A stretch of 64,000 nucleotides of DNA from positions 2,592,001 through 2,656,000 of the forward strand of contig CAWELD010000003.1 in the NCBI GenBank assembly GCA_963809895.1. The letters run 5' to 3'. Made by a program: the position numbers and the translations under genes. The notes under the pieces were generated by a model that saw only the letters and a list, made by a program, of their open reading frames with translations, had not been told where the DNA came from and made no database searches. The DNA comes from an uncultured Gemmatimonadales bacterium (GTDB lineage Bacteria > Gemmatimonadota > Gemmatimonadetes > Longimicrobiales > Gaopeijiaceae). Numbering within the stretch: position 1 is the stretch's first letter; every line of letters starts with the position of its first letter. Of the stretch, positions 60,144 through 64,000 are shown piece after piece.

Positions 60144-60268
60144 GGCTCGGTCGCCTCCTGGCATGTGATCTTCAGCCCGTAAAGGTATGTCCACCGCGGC
60201 AATCGTCACAGACGGAGCACGGGCGCCCGCCTGTACACCGGGCGCGCCCCGTGGTTACCATCGGGGCC

Positions 60269-60760
60269 ATGACCGACCCTGCCAACGGCCCCACGACGGG
60301 CGTGCTCTTCGTCTGCCTCGGCAACATCTGCCGCTCTCCCCTGGCCGAGGGGATCTTCCGGCACCTGGTGCGGGAACGGGGCCTGGGGGAGCGCTTCCGC
60401 ATCGACTCCGCCGGCACCGGCGCCTGGCACGTGGGCGAGGGCCCCGATCCGCGCTCCCGCGAGGTCGCGGCCCGCAACGGCATCGACCTGGACGGCCAGC
60501 GGGCCCGGCAGGTGCGCCCCGGTGACCTGGCCGAGTTCGACTACGTGGTGGCCATGGACCGGGACAATGTGCGCGACCTGGAGCGCCTGGCGAACCCGGA
60601 GACCGCCCGGGCCACGCTCCTCCTGCTCCGGGATCACGACCCCGAGCCCGGCGACGGCGACGTGCCCGATCCCTACTACGGCGGGCCCCGCGGCTTCGAC
60701 ACCGTCTTCGACATGATCCGCCGCTCCGCCGAAGCGTTGCTGGACGACATCGCGGAGTAG
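60269..60760 (+). CDS. Low molecular weight protein-tyrosine phosphatase
   Basis: CLGNICRS, DPYY. Confidence 0.95.
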   Translation: MTDPANGPTTGVLFVCLGNICRSPLAEGIFRHLVRERGLGERFRIDSAGTGAWHVGEGPDPRSREVAARNGIDLDGQRARQVRPGDLAEFDYVVAMDRDNVRDLERLANPETARATLLLLRDHDPEPGDGDVPDPYYGGPRGFDTVFDMIRRSAEALLDDIAE

Positions 60761-60766
60761 GCGGGC

Positions 60767-61707
60767 GTGCTGCCGAAGGCGCTGCGGCGTGCGGTGGAGG
60801 ATGCCCTCGCGGAGTCGGGGGACGGCCCCTTGGAGATCCGGAGCGCCCACGCCCTGGGCGGAGGCTCGATCCACCGGGCGGTGCGCCTCGACACGTCACG
60901 AGGCCCGCTCTTCCTCAAGTGGAATCGGGGGATGGCGGCCGCGGGCTTCGGCTGCGAGGCCCGGAGCCTGGAGCGGTTACGCGGGGCGGTCGGCATCCTC
61001 CGGGCTCCTCCGCATCCCCCGGGTCCTGGGCTGGTACGACGCCGACGGCGATCCCGACGCCGAGCGCACCGGGATGGCTGGCGCTGGAGTACCTGCCGCC
61101 GTCGAAGCCCGGCCCTCGCTACGGGCGAAGTCTCGGCCGGGGCCTGGCGGCGCTGCATCGCGAGGTTGCGGATCAGCCGGGCTGGCCCGAGGACAACCTG
61201 ATCGGACCCCTCCCGCAGGCGAATCCCCCGGACCTGTCCTGGCCCGACTTCTGGCGCGACGCGCGCCTGGAGCCCCAGCTGCGGCGTGCCCACGACGCCG
61301 GCTATTTCACCGGCGGCGCCGGACGGACGCTGGACGACGCGCTGGACGCCGTGGAACGCGTGCTGGAACCGGTCACCGGGAGCTCCGGAGAGCCCGCCTC
61401 ACTCCTGCACGGCGATCTCTGGGGAGGCAACGTCCACCCGGGGCCCGACGGGCCGCCCGTGCTCGTGGATCCCGCCAGCTACCACGGCCACCGGGAGGTG
61501 GATCTGGCCATGAGCGAGCTGTTCGGCGGGTTCCCGCCGGACTTCCTGCCCGCCTACCGGGAGGCGTGGCCGCTGGGTGCGGGCTATGCCGAAGTGCGCC
61601 GGGCACTCTACCAGCTCTACTACCTGCTGGTGCACGTGAACCTGTTCGGCGGCGGCTACGTCGGATCCAGCCTGGAGGCGGCGCGCCGGGTCGCGGCATG
61701 GGTGTAG
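60767..61707 (+). CDS. Fructosamine kinase family protein (frameshifts ~60990, ~61070)
   Basis: GGGSIH, FLK, LLHGDLWGGN, DPA.Y.GHREVDLAM. Confidence 0.88.
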
Positions 61708-61717
61708 CGGGCCCGGG

Positions 61718-62902
61718 TCAGCGCGCCAGCAGGGTCGCCATACGGTCCACCGCCTGCTCCAGCAGGTGGTCCGAGGTGGCGTAGCTGAGTCGCACGTAGC
61801 GTGGAGCGCCGAAGGCCTCGCCGGGCACCAGCGCCACCCCGGCCTCCTCCAGCACCCAGGAGCAGAACTCCGCCGCCGAGGCGCGCCCTTCCTGGAACGC
61901 TCCGTCCACCCGGAAGAAGAGATAGAAGGCGCCGTCGGGGCGCAGGTAGGGGAACGCCGGCAGCCGTTCGTCGAAGAGCCGCGTGACCAGGTCCCGGCGC
62001 CGCTGGAAGGCGGCCCGCATGCGCGACACGTCCTCGGCGGTGCGACCCTCGTCGGTGTAGGCCGCCAGGGCGGCCACCTGCGACGGGGTGGCGGCGTTGG
62101 AGGTGGTGTGGCTCTGCAGCGCGGTGAGCGCCTTGGCCAGCTCCGGATCGGTGAGCGAGAAGCCGATGCGCCATCCCGTCATGGCGTAGCTCTTTGACGC
62201 CCCGTCGATGAGCACGTGGGGCCCCAGCGAGCCCAGGGGGAGCTCCAGCAGCCCCGGCGCCTGACCCTCGCCGAAGTTGATGTTGCGGTAGATCTCGTCG
62301 GCCAACAGCCAGACCTGGTGATCCCGGGCCCACTCCGCCAGCGCCTGCAGCTCGTCCAGCGAGTAGACGCCGCCGGTGGGATTTCCCGGAGAGCTGTAGA
62401 TGAGCCCGCGGGTGCGCTCGGTGGCCACCCGCTCCAGGTCGTCGGGGGTCAGGCGAAAGTCCCGGGACTCGGATCCCGCCACGGCCACGGCCTTGGCGCG
62501 GGCCAATCCCACGATCTCCGGATAGCTGGTCCAGTAGGGTGCGCCGATCAGGACCTCGTCGCCCGGACCGAAGAGGCTGAAACAGGCGTTGAAGAGCGCC
62601 TGTTTGGCCCCCGACGACACGACCACGCCCGTCCAGTCGATCTCGCGTCCGGCGCGGTGCGAGAGGTGACGGGCGATGGCGCGCCGCAGCTCCGGCATGC
62701 CCGCCGACGGCGTGTAGCGGGTGCGGCCCTCGCGGATCCCCTGGATGGCGGCGTCGGAGATCCAGCCGGGCGTGTCGAAGTCCGGCTCACCGGCGCTCAG
62801 GTCGATGACGTCGCGGCCTTCGGCCACGAGGCGCTTGGCGAGCGAGCTCACCGCGATGGTGGCGGAGGGCTTGAGGCTGGCGACGTTGGGGCTGAGATCC
62901 AT
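61718..62902 (-). CDS. Class I/II PLP aminotransferase (aspartate aminotransferase-like)
   Basis: GEPDF, NPTG, DEIY, SKSYAMTGWRIG. Confidence 0.93.
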   Translation of the reverse strand: MDLSPNVASLKPSATIAVSSLAKRLVAEGRDVIDLSAGEPDFDTPGWISDAAIQGIREGRTRYTPSAGMPELRRAIARHLSHRAGREIDWTGVVVSSGAKQALFNACFSLFGPGDEVLIGAPYWTSYPEIVGLARAKAVAVAGSESRDFRLTPDDLERVATERTRGLIYSSPGNPTGGVYSLDELQALAEWARDHQVWLLADEIYRNINFGEGQAPGLLELPLGSLGPHVLIDGASKSYAMTGWRIGFSLTDPELAKALTALQSHTTSNAATPSQVAALAAYTDEGRTAEDVSRMRAAFQRRRDLVTRLFDERLPAFPYLRPDGAFYLFFRVDGAFQEGRASAAEFCSWVLEEAGVALVPGEAFGAPRYVRLSYATSDHLLEQAVDRMATLLAR

Positions 62903-63082
62903 GTGGGTTCCTGCCGGGACATGCCATCGAGGAGCGCGGGGCCGGGCCGCGACGAGATCGGAGCGGGAGGGGCTCCGGTGTGCACGGGCCAGCCCGGAGT
63001 GCGGCAATATCGGCCCGCCGGGGGCCGCGATCAAGGCGGCGAGCCGTTGCCCCCGCCCGACGATACGGACACATTTCGCCCC

Positions 63083-63664
63083 ATGTTGGACGCCCGGCCC
63101 CGCCTGTATTTCGACTACGTCGATCCGGGCTCCTACCTGATGGATCTCCGGGTGGAGCGCATCACCGCCGGGGCGGACCCGTCGGTGGAGCGCGTCCCGT
63201 TCGAGCTGCGGCCGCCTCCCGAGCCGCTGCTGGACCCGACCCGGGACGCCTGGGTGGAGTACTGGAGGGCCATGGCGGCGTTGCTACGCGCGGAAGGGCG
63301 CGAGGTGCGCCCGCCGGGGCTCGTGCCGTGGACCCGCAAGGCCCACGAGCTGGTGCTGCAGGCGGGTGAGAAGGATGCCGGACGCGAGCTGCACCGGGCG
63401 CTGTTCCGCCGCTTCCACGAGGAGGGCGACGACATCGGACGGGTGGACGTCCTGATGGAGCTCGCCACGGCGGCGGGTCTGGAGCTGACCGCCACCAAGG
63501 CGGTGTTGGACGTGGACCGTCATGCGGGCACGGTGGCGGAGCTTCGGGCGCGCGCAACGGACGCGGGCGTCCGGGGCGTACCCACGCTGGTCGTGGGCGA
63601 GCGGATCCTGGAGGGGATCCATGACGATGACGCGATCCGGGCCTTTCTCGGACGGGATCGCTGA
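63083..63664 (+). CDS. DsbA/FrnE-like thioredoxin-fold protein
   Basis: YFDYVDPGSY, GVRGVPT. Confidence 0.75.
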   Translation: MLDARPRLYFDYVDPGSYLMDLRVERITAGADPSVERVPFELRPPPEPLLDPTRDAWVEYWRAMAALLRAEGREVRPPGLVPWTRKAHELVLQAGEKDAGRELHRALFRRFHEEGDDIGRVDVLMELATAAGLELTATKAVLDVDRHAGTVAELRARATDAGVRGVPTLVVGERILEGIHDDDAIRAFLGRDR

Positions 63665-63678
63665 GTGAGGAACGAACG

Positions 63679-63981
63679 ATGGCTGGCTATCAGAGAAAGA
63701 CGGCACGCGCACCCGCCGAGGTCATGGCGGAGGCCGAGAAGGTGCTCCCGGACATCCTGGGGCTGAGCCGCTCCAAGGGCTCCGACCACAATGCGACCTA
63801 TTCGGGGCGCGAAGGCACGGTGACGTTGTCGGCGCACCGACACGGACCCTATACGGACGTCGTCGCGCAGACGGATCGGCTGCGGACGTCGCGCATGGAC
63901 TACGAGATCCAACGCTTCCTGAATCGGCTCCCCTACGAACCCGGCGACCAGGGTGGTCCCGGGTCGGGCGAGCCGGGCTGA
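63679..63981 (+). CDS. Hypothetical protein (100 aa)
   Basis: GAGGA RBS, operonic position. Confidence 0.7.
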   Translation: MAGYQRKTARAPAEVMAEAEKVLPDILGLSRSKGSDHNATYSGREGTVTLSAHRHGPYTDVVAQTDRLRTSRMDYEIQRFLNRLPYEPGDQGGPGSGEPG

Positions 63982-64000
63982 GCCATGGACTCCTTCGAAG

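Noticed and set aside
1..64000. Many long Arg/Pro/Gly-rich overlapping ORFs
   Set aside because: Off-frame or antisense shadows of real genes in high-GC DNA

Overview
High-GC bacterial DNA, most likely Gemmatimonadota (inferred from ADOP permeases with PadR, plug-only carboxypeptidase-regulatory proteins and many 6-bladed beta-propellers). About 55 CDS; no rRNA, tRNA, CRISPR array, integrase or transposase was recognised. About 15 frameshifts in otherwise intact genes suggest long-read indel errors. Core content: hybrid PAS histidine kinase, Zn alcohol dehydrogenase, TonB receptor, an amino-sugar cluster (GH20, nucleotidyltransferase, SSS symporter, GALK2-like kinase, GH109), PPi-type Pfk, PadR plus two ADOP permeases, cyanophycinase-DsrE fusion, tdh-kbl-fhs, rlpA, threonine ammonia-lyase, DEAD helicase, LMW-PTP, fructosamine kinase and an aminotransferase. 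The most interesting part is 35.3-55.5 kb, which holds two integrase-free inserts. Insert 1 (35345-44303) lies between exact 28-bp direct repeats; insert 2 (50343-55374) lies between exact 94-bp repeats that duplicate the rlpA 3' end. vapBC and hipBA lie between the inserts. Each insert carries a more AT-rich cassette of regulator, secreted beta-propeller and a small secreted protein with a 6-Cys core and a shared C-x-G-x6-Y tail. Each cassette sits between two copies of a duplicated surface-protein gene, and three G10 tracts, two of them in homologous promoter spacers, suggest phase variation. This is a candidate undescribed, exchangeable secreted-peptide/propeller system.
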